Assembly (NCBI GenBank): GCA_964431805.1
Contig: CAYSKV010000006.1
Coordinates: 1-60,883 of the forward strand
Direction of reading: 5' to 3'
DNA length: 60,883 nt
Source: an uncultured Gammaproteobacteria bacterium
Lineage (GTDB): Bacteria > Patescibacteriota > Patescibacteriia > Patescibacteriales > GWC2-42-12
In this document: positions 18,257 to 29,064 of the stretch, piece after piece
Numbering within the stretch: the stretch's first letter is position 1
Layout of the letters: every line of letters starts with the position of its first letter
Program-made: the position numbers and the translations under genes
Notes under the pieces: generated by a model
The model's input: the letters and a program-made list of their open reading frames with translations, nothing else
Told to the model about the DNA's origin: nothing
Databases searched by the model: none

Positions 18257-19588
18257 TTATAATAACTTATCTTCTTTATTTTTTTCTTCAACTTCATTTT
18301 GCATTTGACGTTCTTTAACTAACTCACGATTTACCCATAAAAGCCAAGCTATCACGCCGATTAAAAACAAAATAAATATTATTAAACTTAATTTTAATTT
18401 TCCTTGGTTAAATTCACCTTCATTAATCATGCCGCGATTATTGTTTAATCTATCTTTTATACTGCCGCCAATAAAATCTTGAATTTTTTCTAAGCTACTT
18501 TCATCCGCCTGTTTTATTTTGTTATCTTGCGGCTCTACTTGCCCTACTGTAAGTTCTGATACTTTTTCTTCAGTTGCGCCTGAGGTTTTAGAAATAGTTG
18601 GCGCTTTAGTATTGGTAACATCACTATTTTCCTCTTGCGCTGACTCAGTAATAGCTGAATTTTTAGTTGAAAAATAAACTATATTTGACCAACCACTTTG
18701 CTTGCCTCGCTGATCAACTGCAACGGCATAAACTAAATGGCTACCTCTAGCTAACGGCTTAATTGGTCTATAAGCAAAATTAGCTGTGCCGCTCGGGTCA
18801 TTTTTTACCTGAAATTCTCCATTAAATTTCTTATCAATATAAACTTTAATCTTAGAGTCGTTTTTTGCTAAACCAACTATAAATGGCCTGTTATCAGTAG
18901 TATTACCATTAACTACCGGTTTTAACATGGTCGGCGCCGGCATTGGCGCTTCAATATTAAAATGAAAAATTTCTGAAGTTTGACTAATTTTTCCAAAACC
19001 GTCTTCAGCCACCGCATAAACTTCATGCTGACCGCGGCTTAAATTTAAAAATGGTTCATAAGCAAAGTTGGCTGTACCACTTTGATGATTTAAAATTTCT
19101 GTCTTACCATTATAAATACCATCAATAAAAATTTTAACAAAACTGCCGCTCTTAGTTAAACCAATAATTAAGGGCTTTACTTTGGCGGTAATAGTTCTTT
19201 CGTCCGGTGCGATTAAAGTTGGCGCTGGTAGTACATTAACTGTAAATTTTACCTCGTTTGATGGCGCTGATAAAACCAACGATGTTCTATCTTTAGCTAT
19301 TACCATAACTATATGCGTGCCATCAGCTAACTTTTCAGCTTCTTTATATTGAAAATTAAAAACCAATTCATCTTTATTAACAACGGTTTCAGCCTGACCA
19401 ACTAAATTGCCATCTAAATAAATTAAAACTTCACTATTTTTAGGCGCTATACCTGTTATGGTGAAGTTTTTTTCATTAGTTAGTTTGGTTATTCCCGGCG
19501 CCACAACTTCTGCCTTAGCCTCTAAAGAAAAAATTGCTGAAAAAAACAAAACGAGGCCTAGACATAACAAACTTTTTAATACTTTCAT
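18257..19588 (-). CDS. Surface protein with three Ig-like repeats and C-terminal TM anchor
   Basis: Repeated P.I.G.A...V.IYIDG...G.ANF.Y.P...L..G.H.VYAVA; signal peptide and TM tail. Confidence 0.85.
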   Translation of the reverse strand: MKVLKSLLCLGLVLFFSAIFSLEAKAEVVAPGITKLTNEKNFTITGIAPKNSEVLIYLDGNLVGQAETVVNKDELVFNFQYKEAEKLADGTHIVMVIAKDRTSLVLSAPSNEVKFTVNVLPAPTLIAPDERTITAKVKPLIIGLTKSGSFVKIFIDGIYNGKTEILNHQSGTANFAYEPFLNLSRGQHEVYAVAEDGFGKISQTSEIFHFNIEAPMPAPTMLKPVVNGNTTDNRPFIVGLAKNDSKIKVYIDKKFNGEFQVKNDPSGTANFAYRPIKPLARGSHLVYAVAVDQRGKQSGWSNIVYFSTKNSAITESAQEENSDVTNTKAPTISKTSGATEEKVSELTVGQVEPQDNKIKQADESSLEKIQDFIGGSIKDRLNNNRGMINEGEFNQGKLKLSLIIFILFLIGVIAWLLWVNRELVKERQMQNEVEEKNKEDKLL

Positions 19589-19870
19589 GGTGTTGAAAAT
19601 TTATTATTACAGCCTCCTTGTTTATTATTTAAAATAATTTTTCTATTATAGGGCCAAAAGGATTAAATTAGCTCAGCCAACTTGTCCTTTTAGCCCTAAT
19701 AAGAAAATTTTGAAAATTTTACCGCAAAGTCTAATTAAAATAAAAAAATATTTGCAGTAATTTTAGTTTAACTGCTGAGAATAGAGCGCGTCAAGTGTGC
19801 AATGAGTTAATAAAATGTTATTAAATACTAATAACTTGTTAATAAGTAAGTGCATAAATTAACAATATTT

Positions 19871-20230
19871 TTATATAACATCTTTATAATGTTTTATCTT
19901 GGCGGTTTTTTTAATATGATTGATATCCACAGCAATTAAGTCTGCTCTTATTTCTTTATTAAACAAATTTTTATTATTAAGATACATTTCCATACCCAGC
20001 CTAAATCTTTCTAATTTAGTAAATTGAAAAGCATTTTCTGCTGGACCATAAAATTGACTGATCCTAGTTTTTACTTCAATAAAAATAATTAAATTATCTT
20101 TTATGGCAACAATATCAAGCTCTTGATAACTTAATTTAACATTAGTATCTATGATTTTATAACCATGCCTAATTAAATAATTTTTGGCTAATATTTCACC
20201 AAATTTACCTATTCTTTGATTGTGGGTCAT
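19871..20230 (-). CDS. yraN: YraN (UPF0102) endonuclease
   Basis: IGKFGE.LA..YL, ELDIVA, FIEVKTR. Confidence 0.92.
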   Translation of the reverse strand: MTHNQRIGKFGEILAKNYLIRHGYKIIDTNVKLSYQELDIVAIKDNLIIFIEVKTRISQFYGPAENAFQFTKLERFRLGMEMYLNNKNLFNKEIRADLIAVDINHIKKTAKIKHYKDVI

Positions 20231-20289
20231 TAATTTTTAATTAAAAAAGGGCTGTTTAACAGCCCTTTATCGAAATTAATATGATTAGT

Positions 20290-20679
20290 TTATGGAATAT
20301 ATTTTTTAAATTCTTTTTCTTTTTCTAGCTGCGCCCTTCGACTCGGTATTTTTATAACAATTTTAACAATAAAGAAAAACCAAACTAGCATACCGATAGC
20401 CCAAAGCAAAAACCAAAAACGAGCGGATAAAAATGGCACCATCTCATAATTAAAGAATGTTAACAATAACCCAATTATACTATTGCTTATAAAAAAAGTG
20501 TTTAAACTACCCCAAAAAGAAGAATATAAGCCTTTAGACCATCTTTTTTTAATAACTCCGCTGACAACAGACAAAATAATCAACAAAACAACAAAACCTA
20601 AAACTATTTTTAGGGACAAGCCGGAAAATGCGCCCGGTCTAGCGCTAAACCAAAAATTCAATGTTAAAAAATTTCCCAT
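20290..20679 (-). CDS. Hypothetical membrane protein
   Basis: Three TM segments; FLSARFW; ends KKYIP. Confidence 0.75.
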   Translation of the reverse strand: MGNFLTLNFWFSARPGAFSGLSLKIVLGFVVLLIILSVVSGVIKKRWSKGLYSSFWGSLNTFFISNSIIGLLLTFFNYEMVPFLSARFWFLLWAIGMLVWFFFIVKIVIKIPSRRAQLEKEKEFKKYIP

Positions 20680-20695
20680 ATTGTTTAATAAATAT

Positions 20696-21250
20696 TTATA
20701 ATTTTATATAAATCAATCCGTAATGATAGGATCCAGCCTCAAATTCATCTTCCGGCTTTAAGCCAAGTTTTTTAACCGCGTTTTCAAGTAAATCCTTTTT
20801 TACTCTTTCTTCGGCCGGCGGACCAAACGGCGCGGCAACATTTTTCCATTCAACAATAACTAACTTACCATTTTTTTTCAATAATCTAGTTGATTCTCTT
20901 AAAATCTCCGCTCGCTTATGCGATTGATATAAGGTATTAATTAATAAACCAACGTCTAGACTGCCGGCTTCAATTTTTGTAGCGCCAAATATTTCTAAAT
21001 TACTCCAAACTGTTTTAATATTAGCTAAATTTTCTACACGCGCTCGTTTATTAATCGCTTCTAAGGCGGTTCTTAAAATATCAACTGCATACATTATCCC
21101 TCTTTTGCCTACTATTCTTGCTCCGGGAAAAACAAAATGGCCAGAAGAACCACAACCCAAATCAGCAACTTTCATTCTATCCCCGATTTGAGCTTTACTA
21201 AAAAGTAAATTAACATCAATTAATGTATTACCTCCTGTTGATGCTAGCAT
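20696..21250 (-). CDS. Class I SAM-dependent methyltransferase
   Basis: VADLGCGSSG, YAVDI, LKKNGKLVIVEW. Confidence 0.88.
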   Translation of the reverse strand: MLASTGGNTLIDVNLLFSKAQIGDRMKVADLGCGSSGHFVFPGARIVGKRGIMYAVDILRTALEAINKRARVENLANIKTVWSNLEIFGATKIEAGSLDVGLLINTLYQSHKRAEILRESTRLLKKNGKLVIVEWKNVAAPFGPPAEERVKKDLLENAVKKLGLKPEDEFEAGSYHYGLIYIKL

Positions 21251-21264
21251 ATAAAAAAATTATT

Positions 21265-21428
21265 GGGGATTACCGTTGAATGCTCTTTCGAGTATAAATT
21301 TTCACAATTTCGAGGAAATTTTTTATAAAATTTTTAAGGCGATATTGCTATATCGGAGAAAAAATTTTAGATAAAAATTTACCGAAATTTTAAAATTTAG
21401 GCCGAATATGGCATTCGGCGGTAATTCC
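21265..21428 (+). repeat. ~163-bp dispersed stem-bounded element, copy 1
   Basis: Interior aligns with reverse complement of 38599-38760; 18-bp terminal stem with G-T pairs. Confidence 0.85.
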
Positions 21429-21480
21429 TTAATTATGATTTTATTATAATATATTTTTTTCTATAAAACAAGCACAAAAC

Positions 21481-21509
21481 AAAACCCCAGCGAAAAAGGC
21501 TGGGGTTTT
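21481..21509. terminator. Intrinsic terminator after adhesin gene
   Basis: AAAACCCCAGC-gaaaaag-GCTGGGGTTTT. Confidence 0.8.
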
Positions 21510-21528
21510 ATTTTATAAAAAACTTAAA

Positions 21529-24500
21529 TTAAAATCCTAAAATCTGATTTATCTTAGCTCTAGTATATGGGCCAACAAAACCTGTGCCCTTTTCGAGATC
21601 AAGAGGATTTAAAATTTCTTTGAAATATTTTTCTTGAAACTTTATTACCGCAGCCCTAGTTAATGGACCGAAATAATTAGTTTCTTTACCGGGTGAACCT
21701 GGGCCGGTTTTAGCGAGCTGAGTATCTAAACCTTGGTTTAAGAAAATCTGCAAACGTTTTATGTCATTATCGGTTTGCCTGTATCTTAAATTTTTAGTAA
21801 ATGGCTGATTTAAAATTTTCTTAATTGTTTCTTGAATATTTTTTTCAGGCTCAACTAAATTAGTATTTTCGATTGTGTTACCAGCCGAAGTATCACCTGA
21901 AACAGATTGCTCTGATTTTAAATCATCTTTTGAATTTTTTAAAATAATTGAATCTGAAACGACTTTAGAATAATAACCCCAGCCAGTATGATATTTAACA
22001 TAAACTATGTAAGTGCCATCTGGGCAAACATCATTATTGCCACAGAGATTCCACGATTTATTGTCTTCGTAAATAAATTGAGAGGCATCTTTAAATTCTG
22101 GGTTATGAGAAATTGAAACATCAATAGTGTTAACGCCGCTATATAGATTTAAATTAACTTTCGGCGAAGAGGTAATTCCCGCGCCATTATTAATTAAAAC
22201 ACTAAAATCATTTCGTTCTGGTTCTCTGGGCGGATTATAGTCGATGATGACGCTGCCACCGTTATTTCCTATGCCAACTTCCCTTGTGATAGTAACCACG
22301 TAGGTTGTAGTTGAATTATCTTCAGCCGTCACAATAATATTAATTGTGTTTTGACCAACTGATAAATTAACGCTAGTCGGTCTGCCGCTAGATACAGGCG
22401 AACCATTAATAGTAATAGTTGAACCAGCATCAGTAGCTGTTGGAGTAATGTTTATAATCGCCACACCATTCTCAACACTAGCCGTATAATTTAGGGTGTC
22501 ACTAGAAAAAATTGGGGTTAATGTAACATTATCAATAATTAAAGAACTAACAGAAGAGTCTGAACTAAGCGCAGATGGACCAGACTCAGGTATAGTTAAA
22601 GAAAAAATCGTACCTACGTCTAAAACCGATGTCGAGGTAGTTCTGGCGGTTGTCATGCCGTAAAATTTATCATTAACAAAAGTTAAAGCGCCAGGAGAAA
22701 AAACATTGCTGCTATTTTCTTGGTTATACAAATAATACTCCGTTCTAAAATTACTTCCGTCGGGGTCAATGGAAAAAATTGTGCCTGAACCAGGCATAGT
22801 ATAAACGCCGAGTATAATCCCAACCAAAGCGGTAAATTGGTTTCCGCTAGTCATGCCATAAAGTTTACCGTTATTAACAATCATTGAGCTCCAAGGATAA
22901 GATCCGTCTTCTCCTCCAGCAAAAGAATGTAAAACAGTAAAATCACTTCCATCAGTATCAATGGAAAAAATTGTACCCTTGCTATTGGCTCCACCTAAAT
23001 AAGTTAAGCCATAAAGCTTATCATCTATAAGATTTAAAGCGCTGGCCAAAGGCTCGTCGCCATCATTAGTCCCGCCCGCAAAAACATGCAAGACGTTATA
23101 TTCTGAACTTTCAAGATCAAAAGAAAAAACAACGCTTGAATCCTCTTCGGAAAGAGGCGTACCATTAAGAACATTCACAAGATAAGAAGCAAAAGCATTG
23201 CCGTTAGTCATGCCATAAATCTTGCCGTCTGAAAAAGTTAAATAACCATAAGGATCTGCGCCTAATTCTCCGCCTTGAAAATTATAAACAATTTGAAAAT
23301 CGCTGCCATCTGGATTTATGAAAAAAATTGTACCCTTGTCATTAGTTCCGCCTCTTTCTGTTGTGCCGTAAAGTTTACCGTTATAAGGATATAACTGGCT
23401 AAAAGGACACATACCATCTATTGGATTTCCCTCGCCATCTACTCCCACGGTTAAATCGGCAAAAATATGTAATCTAGTAAAATCTGTTCCATCAGTATTC
23501 ATAGAAAAAAGTATTCCGCCCCCGCTACCCAGCGAACCACTACCTTCTCCTGGACCAGAAATAACCGTTCCTCCATAAAGTTTATCCTCATAAAGGGTTA
23601 ATGAGCCTAAAGAAAATATGCCATCATAATTGCCAGTAAAATTATGTAATATTCTAAAATCAGTTCCATCGGCCTTAACGGAAAAAATTGTACCAGCTAA
23701 AGCACTTACTCCACCTAAACCCGTTGTACCATAAAAAGTTTGCCCATCCTCAGAAGGAATTAAGCCAACGGTAGGAAATATGCCATATTGTCCAATCAAA
23801 CCAAAACGATAAAGTATTGAATAGTCGCTAGCGTCAGCTTTAATAGAAAAAATAATTCCATCACCACCACCATCTTCATTTGTCATACCATAAAGCGTTC
23901 CGTCGGAAAGTATTAATGAACCATAAGGTTCTCTGCCGTCAGTTATTACTCCTTCATCGCTAGAATTTGTTCCAAAAAATTCATGCAAAAGAGTAATGCT
24001 GCCGCCAACCGCGGGAATGGAAAAAATTGTACCAACGTCATTATTGCCGCCAGCTCTAGTCATACCATAAAGCGTTCCGTCGGAAAGTATTAATGAACCA
24101 TAAGGTTCTCTGCCGTCATCAACGCCGCCTACAAATTCATGCAAAGTAGTTATAGCTCCACCAGCGGCCGGAATGGAAAAAATTATGCCAGAATTTAAAT
24201 CACCGCCGTTAGTAGTCATACCATAAAGTGTACCATCAGAAATAATTAAAGAACCTTGAGGATAAGATCCATCATCAACCCCGCCGGCAAATTCATATAA
24301 AAGAGTAATGCTGCCGCCAGCCGCTGGAATGGAAAAAATTGTGCCAGCGTCATTATCGCCGCCAGCTCTAGTCATACCATAAAGCGTCCCGTTAGAAATA
24401 ATTAAAGAGCCATATGGAGAGGCTCCGTCATCAACCCCGCCCGCAAATTCATGAATTAAATTAAAATCTGAGCCATCAGTATCTATAGAAAAAACTGTAC

Positions 24501-26569
24501 CAGAGCCATAAGAATATTCCCAACATTCCCCCCCCCTCCTCCCAAATGCAAAACGGAACTCCACCTTCTGTTGTCATGCCATAAAGTTTATTATCAAACA
24601 ATAATAATGACCCGTAAGCACGAACTGAATTTCCGGCGTTATCAAATTCATGCAAAACAGTAAAATTGCTGCCGTCTAAATCAATAGAAAAAATTTTATC
24701 AGCATTTGAGTCCCATTGGCCGTATGTCATGCCATAGAGCTTTGTATTATCTGCAGATAAAATTAAAGAACCGCGAGGATTTTCGTTTGCTTCAAAATAA
24801 TGTAATACTGTAAAATCTGTACCGTCAGGATTAATAGAAAAAATTACACCATCCACGTCATTACTATCTAATAAAGTGCCAGTTCTTCCCCTTTCGGTCA
24901 TACCGTAAAGTTTACCATTATAATATAGTAAATCAGCTCTAGGATTTCGGCCTATAGTTGCTTCCCAATTAAACTCATGTAAAGTAGTAAGCACAGGATC
25001 TTCTGACGTCTTATTTACAACAATTTGGTAAGTTGAAGAAGAAACTCCGTCCGTGGCTGTAATAATAATATTAACGGTGTTTTCTCCGTGATTAAGATAA
25101 GCGTCTCTTGAACCACCGCTCACTACAGCCGAACCATTAACAGTAATTGAAGCATTTGCATCGCTAGCGGTTGGCGTAATAGTAACTTTATTTTCTTCCG
25201 TATCAGCAGCAGTATAGCTAAGAGTGCTACTGGCGAATACCGGAGATAACGCGCCTAAATTAATAGATAAATTACTTAAAGATGAATCAGAGGAAACTTC
25301 AGCAAAAGAAATTTTTGTTACACCATTACCATAGCTAACAGGGCTCATACTAGCAATAGGATTTGTCGCCTATATACTTGAACCATTAAAAGCAATACCA
25401 GCTGGGGACATGCCCACATTAGAATAAGTTATCATATCACCAGTAGATACATTAATTTTTGTTACGCTAGCGCCCATAACATTCCCCGTCCACATATTAG
25501 TGCCATCAAAAGCGATGCCGTAAGGCTGAGATCCCGTGCCAGTATAAGTTGTCATCTCACCAGTGGGTGAAATTTTTGTAACACTGTCGTCACCAACATT
25601 CGCGGTCCACATATTAGTGCCATCAAAAGCGATACCCAGCCCTGGGACATTTCCCCCAGACTTATCACCTGTTCCATAATAAGTTGTCATCTCGCCAGTA
25701 GGAGAAATTTTTGTTACACTGTCGTCACTGTTTGCCGTCCACATATTAATGCCGTCAAAAGCGATGCCAAGAGGACCGGTACCTGTACCAGTATAAGTTG
25801 TCATCTCGCCAGTAGGAGAAATTTTTGTAACGCTACTACCACCACCATTCGCCGTCCACATATTAATGCCGTCAAAAGCGATACCCCCGGGATTATCGCC
25901 CGTTCCAGTATAAGTTGTCATCTCGCCAGTAGGAGAAATTTTTGTAACACTACTGCCACTCATATCCACCGTCCACATATTAATGCCGTCAAAAGCGATA
26001 GAAAGAGGAGTAGTACCTGTCCCAGAATAAGTGGTCATTATGCCAGTGGGAGAAATTTTAGTTACACTGTTGCCTATCGCATTTGCTGTCCATATATTAA
26101 TACCATCAAAGGCTATGCCAAGAGGAGCAGTACCTGTCCCAGAATAAGTATTTGAAACTGCAATTAAATTTTCTCTAGTCACAACTATTGTATATGTAGT
26201 GACGCTAGAAAGATCTTGGGAGGTTGTTACTGTAGAAATAGTATTACTGCCCACAGATAAATTAATTTCAAAAGACTCACCGCTATTTACCGACGTGCCA
26301 TTAATAGTAAGTGTAGCTTCGCCGGGCGAATTAACCGTGGGTGTAATATTAAGACTCTCAACAGTATATGGCACTACGGCGGTATAGCTTAAAGTGCTAG
26401 AAGCAAAAACAGGATTAAGAACTCCTTGATCAATAGTTAGGTTGCTTAAAGAAGAATCATCAGCAGCTGCCCTAACCGAGCTTACAAAACTAAAACAAGT
26501 CCACCCAACTATTAGGAGGATTATAAAAAATTTTAGAATGGGGATCTTTTTGTTTTTCATATCACGCAT
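21529..26569 (-). pseudogene. Giant surface adhesin split into three ORFs (25370-26569, 24476-25348, 21529-24564) by in-frame TAG and a G9 frameshift
   Basis: Signal peptide, cadherin-like beta-sandwiches, Vgb/NHL-like GIAFDGxNMWTAN repeats, LYGMT..GG..GTIF propeller repeats, C-terminal peptidoglycan-binding domain (DIKRLQIFLN...YFGPLTRAAVIKFQ). Confidence 0.85.
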
Positions 26570-26814
26570 TGGTTAAATAAATTATTTAACCAATAAAAAA
26601 GCAATGGACAGACTAATCATAGAGTCCAGACCAGCTGAACTCCTGCTCCACTGCTTTTTTAGAATATTATAATTTATTTGACCATTACGCTCTATTAAAG
26701 TAGCTGGCCTATTTTTTATGAATATCATGTTTTTGTTTTTGTTTTTCAAGATAATATAATTTTTTATTATCTAATATTATTTTATCAAATATTTTGCATT
26801 TTGTCAATAAAAAA

Positions 26815-26852
26815 TTAGACTTAAGTCTACTAAATTGTAGACTTAAGTCTAA
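26815..26852. repeat. Nested palindrome, GACTTAAGTC family
   Basis: TTAGACTTAAGTCTAC-taaatt-GTAGACTTAAGTCTAA. Confidence 0.9.
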
Positions 26853-26876
26853 TCATATGAAATAATCACTTTTTTA

Positions 26877-27488
26877 TTATTTTTTAACCTTATGAAAGGT
26901 TAAGCGATGAATCGCGCATGGACCATATTGAGCTAATTTTTCTAGATGAAATTTAGTTCCGTAGCCTTTATGCTGTTTAAAGCCATAATTAGGATATAAT
27001 TGATCAATTTCTTGCATAATATGATCTCTGGTTACTTTAGCGATAATTGAAGCGGCCGCAATAGTAAAAATTCTTTCATCGCCTTTAACATAAGTTTGCT
27101 GTGGCGTAGAACAATTAGGTAATTTCATTGACCCGTCAATAATAATAAAGTCCGGTTTATTTTTAACCGAACTTATAGCTTTTTTCATGGCTAAAAATGT
27201 AGCCTGAAGTATATTAATTCTATCTATAGTTTTATGATCGCAAATTCCAACACCAACTTCAATAAAATTTTTTTTAATCGCCCCAAACAATTCTTCCCTT
27301 TTTTTAGCGCTTAATTTCTTAGAATCATCAATTTGCGCCAACTCATTATTTATGCTAATATTAGCGTTAAAAATGACACAAGCCGCAACTACTGGCCCTG
27401 CTAAGGGGCCTCTGCCGGCTTCATCTAATGCGCCTATTACCTTATGACCATGAGAAAATATTTTTTTCTCTTCTGCTAGATCGAGCAT
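26877..27488 (-). CDS. rnhB: Ribonuclease HII
   Basis: DEAGRGPLAGPVVAA, DDSKKL, IAAASIIAKVTRD, HKGYGT. Confidence 0.97.
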   Translation of the reverse strand: MLDLAEEKKIFSHGHKVIGALDEAGRGPLAGPVVAACVIFNANISINNELAQIDDSKKLSAKKREELFGAIKKNFIEVGVGICDHKTIDRINILQATFLAMKKAISSVKNKPDFIIIDGSMKLPNCSTPQQTYVKGDERIFTIAAASIIAKVTRDHIMQEIDQLYPNYGFKQHKGYGTKFHLEKLAQYGPCAIHRLTFHKVKK

Positions 27489-27499
27489 AAATTTATATT

Positions 27500-28411
27500 T
27501 TATTTTTTTGCCTGCAAATATTTATAAGCCGACAAAGCAGCCGCGGCGCCCTGGCCACAACCAATAATAATTTGCTTAAATTCATTTTGAGTAACATCGC
27601 CAGCCGCAAAAACACCATCGCAGCTAGTTTTACCACTTAAATCCGTGATAACCTGACCCAAATTATCTCTTTTTACTAAATCTGACAACATTTCAGTCTT
27701 TGGTTCATGTCCAATTTCAATAAATAAACCTCCTACTATTAACTCTCTTATGGTTTGATCAATTTTACTTATTACTTTTATTTTTTCTAGTCTTGTCTCG
27801 CCAATTATTTCAGATGGTTCGCTATTTAATATTATTTCTACATTATCTTTACTTTTAACGGTTGAAACTAAACTCTCAAACGCCCTAAGTTTAGATTCAT
27901 TACAAATTAAATAAACTTTATTAGCAATTTTAGACATTACTTCGGCCGCATCTAAGGCTGAATTACCTCCACCAATTACAGCCACGTCTTTCCCTTTAAA
28001 TAATGGCCCATCGCAAGTGGCGCAATAACTTATCCCTCGACCGGTTAATTCTTTTTCTTTGTCTAACTTTAGCTGCCTTGGAGCAAGGCCCATGGCAATA
28101 ATAATTGTTTTGGCTGAATAACTGTCTTTATCAGTTTTAACTAAAAAAGTCCCATCATCTTTTTTATTAATCAATTTTATTTCATCAATTTTAATATCAG
28201 CGCCCAAATCTTTAACTTGCTGCTTCATTTTATTAATCAAACCAACACCGCTAATAAAATCTATACCGGGATAATTTTTTATTTCAGAAGCCCAAATAAC
28301 CTGACCGCCTATATTTTTAGAAATCAATAAAGTTTTCATCATTCTTCTTGTGGAATACACGGCGGCGCTCATACCTGTTGGGCCTGCTCCAATAATGATT
28401 GTATCAAACAT
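27500..28411 (-). CDS. trxB: Thioredoxin reductase
   Basis: GAGPTG, CATCDG, GGGNSA, FAAGD. Confidence 0.95.
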   Translation of the reverse strand: MFDTIIIGAGPTGMSAAVYSTRRMMKTLLISKNIGGQVIWASEIKNYPGIDFISGVGLINKMKQQVKDLGADIKIDEIKLINKKDDGTFLVKTDKDSYSAKTIIIAMGLAPRQLKLDKEKELTGRGISYCATCDGPLFKGKDVAVIGGGNSALDAAEVMSKIANKVYLICNESKLRAFESLVSTVKSKDNVEIILNSEPSEIIGETRLEKIKVISKIDQTIRELIVGGLFIEIGHEPKTEMLSDLVKRDNLGQVITDLSGKTSCDGVFAAGDVTQNEFKQIIIGCGQGAAAALSAYKYLQAKK

Positions 28412-28499
28412 AAATTTAAAAAATTAATAAATTATCATACTTTACCCCCAACTTATCCACTTAAATAAATTTGACTAATATTAAACACTTATTTAAACT

Positions 28500-28577
28500 T
28501 AAGTCCACAAATTTGTGGACTTATCCACGATTTATTAAAAAAAATTAAAGTCCACAAATTTGTGGACTTTAATTTTT
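28500..28577. repeat. Two perfect palindromes AAGTCCACAAATTTGTGGACTT (28500-28523, 28540-28577)
   Basis: 24-bp and 38-bp perfect palindromes; TTATCCAC overlaps the first and another lies at ~28452. Confidence 0.9.
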
Positions 28578-28579
28578 AA

Positions 28580-28894
28580 TCATTTATTTTTTGCGATTAA
28601 TTCCATCATTTCTTCTTTGTCGCAATAATTATTTTTTCGATCAACCACCTTACCATTCTTAAAAACCAAAAATGTCGGAACGCCCATAATATCATACTTA
28701 TTAACTATATCTTGACTTTCTTCTATGTTAAATTTACCTATTTTAACATTTTTATCTTGATTATCTGCAATTACTTCATCTAAAATAGGTGACATTAATT
28801 GACAGGAACCGCACCATGAAGCAAAAAAATCAACTAATACTAGGCCAGAAAAATCCTCAACCTCTGACTTAAAATTCTCTTTATTAAATATCAT
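28580..28894 (-). CDS. trxA: Thioredoxin
   Basis: DFFASWCGSC active site; GVPTF. Confidence 0.92.
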   Translation of the reverse strand: MIFNKENFKSEVEDFSGLVLVDFFASWCGSCQLMSPILDEVIADNQDKNVKIGKFNIEESQDIVNKYDIMGVPTFLVFKNGKVVDRKNNYCDKEEMMELIAKNK

Positions 28895-28948
28895 ATATTT
28901 TTATAATAATTTAAAAAGTTTTTGATAGAACAAAAATTATTTAACCTA

Positions 28949-29060
28949 AGTGTGGACCATAAGGGACTTGAAGGGGCGGAAGCCCCACGCCGACACACAA
29001 TGATTCTATACTCTTATACTCCACGTAAATTTACATTAATAATATTAATGTAAATTTACG
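28949..29060 (-). mobile_element. tRNA-Ala 3'-end duplication with shared mini-element core
   Basis: 24-bp direct repeat (28949-28972 = 29061-29084) around GGGGCGGAAGCCCCAC core and 17-bp hairpin. Confidence 0.7.
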
Positions 29061-29064
29061 AGTG

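Noticed and set aside
25370-25372. Stop-codon reassignment (TAG readthrough or code 25)
   Set aside because: TAG ends normal-length genes here (rpmH, SLATT), and conserved genes are intact under code 11; a point mutation is simpler
25480-26140. Near-identical ~126-bp tandem repeats suggesting CRISPR or a DGR template/variable pair
   Set aside because: They are in-frame beta-propeller coding repeats; there are no unique spacers, no cas genes, no reverse transcriptase and no adenine-specific divergence
26596-26660. Riboswitch in the adhesin leader
   Set aside because: A closing stem exists (AAAAAAGCA.TGGA / TCCA.TGCTTTTTT) but no known aptamer consensus was recognised
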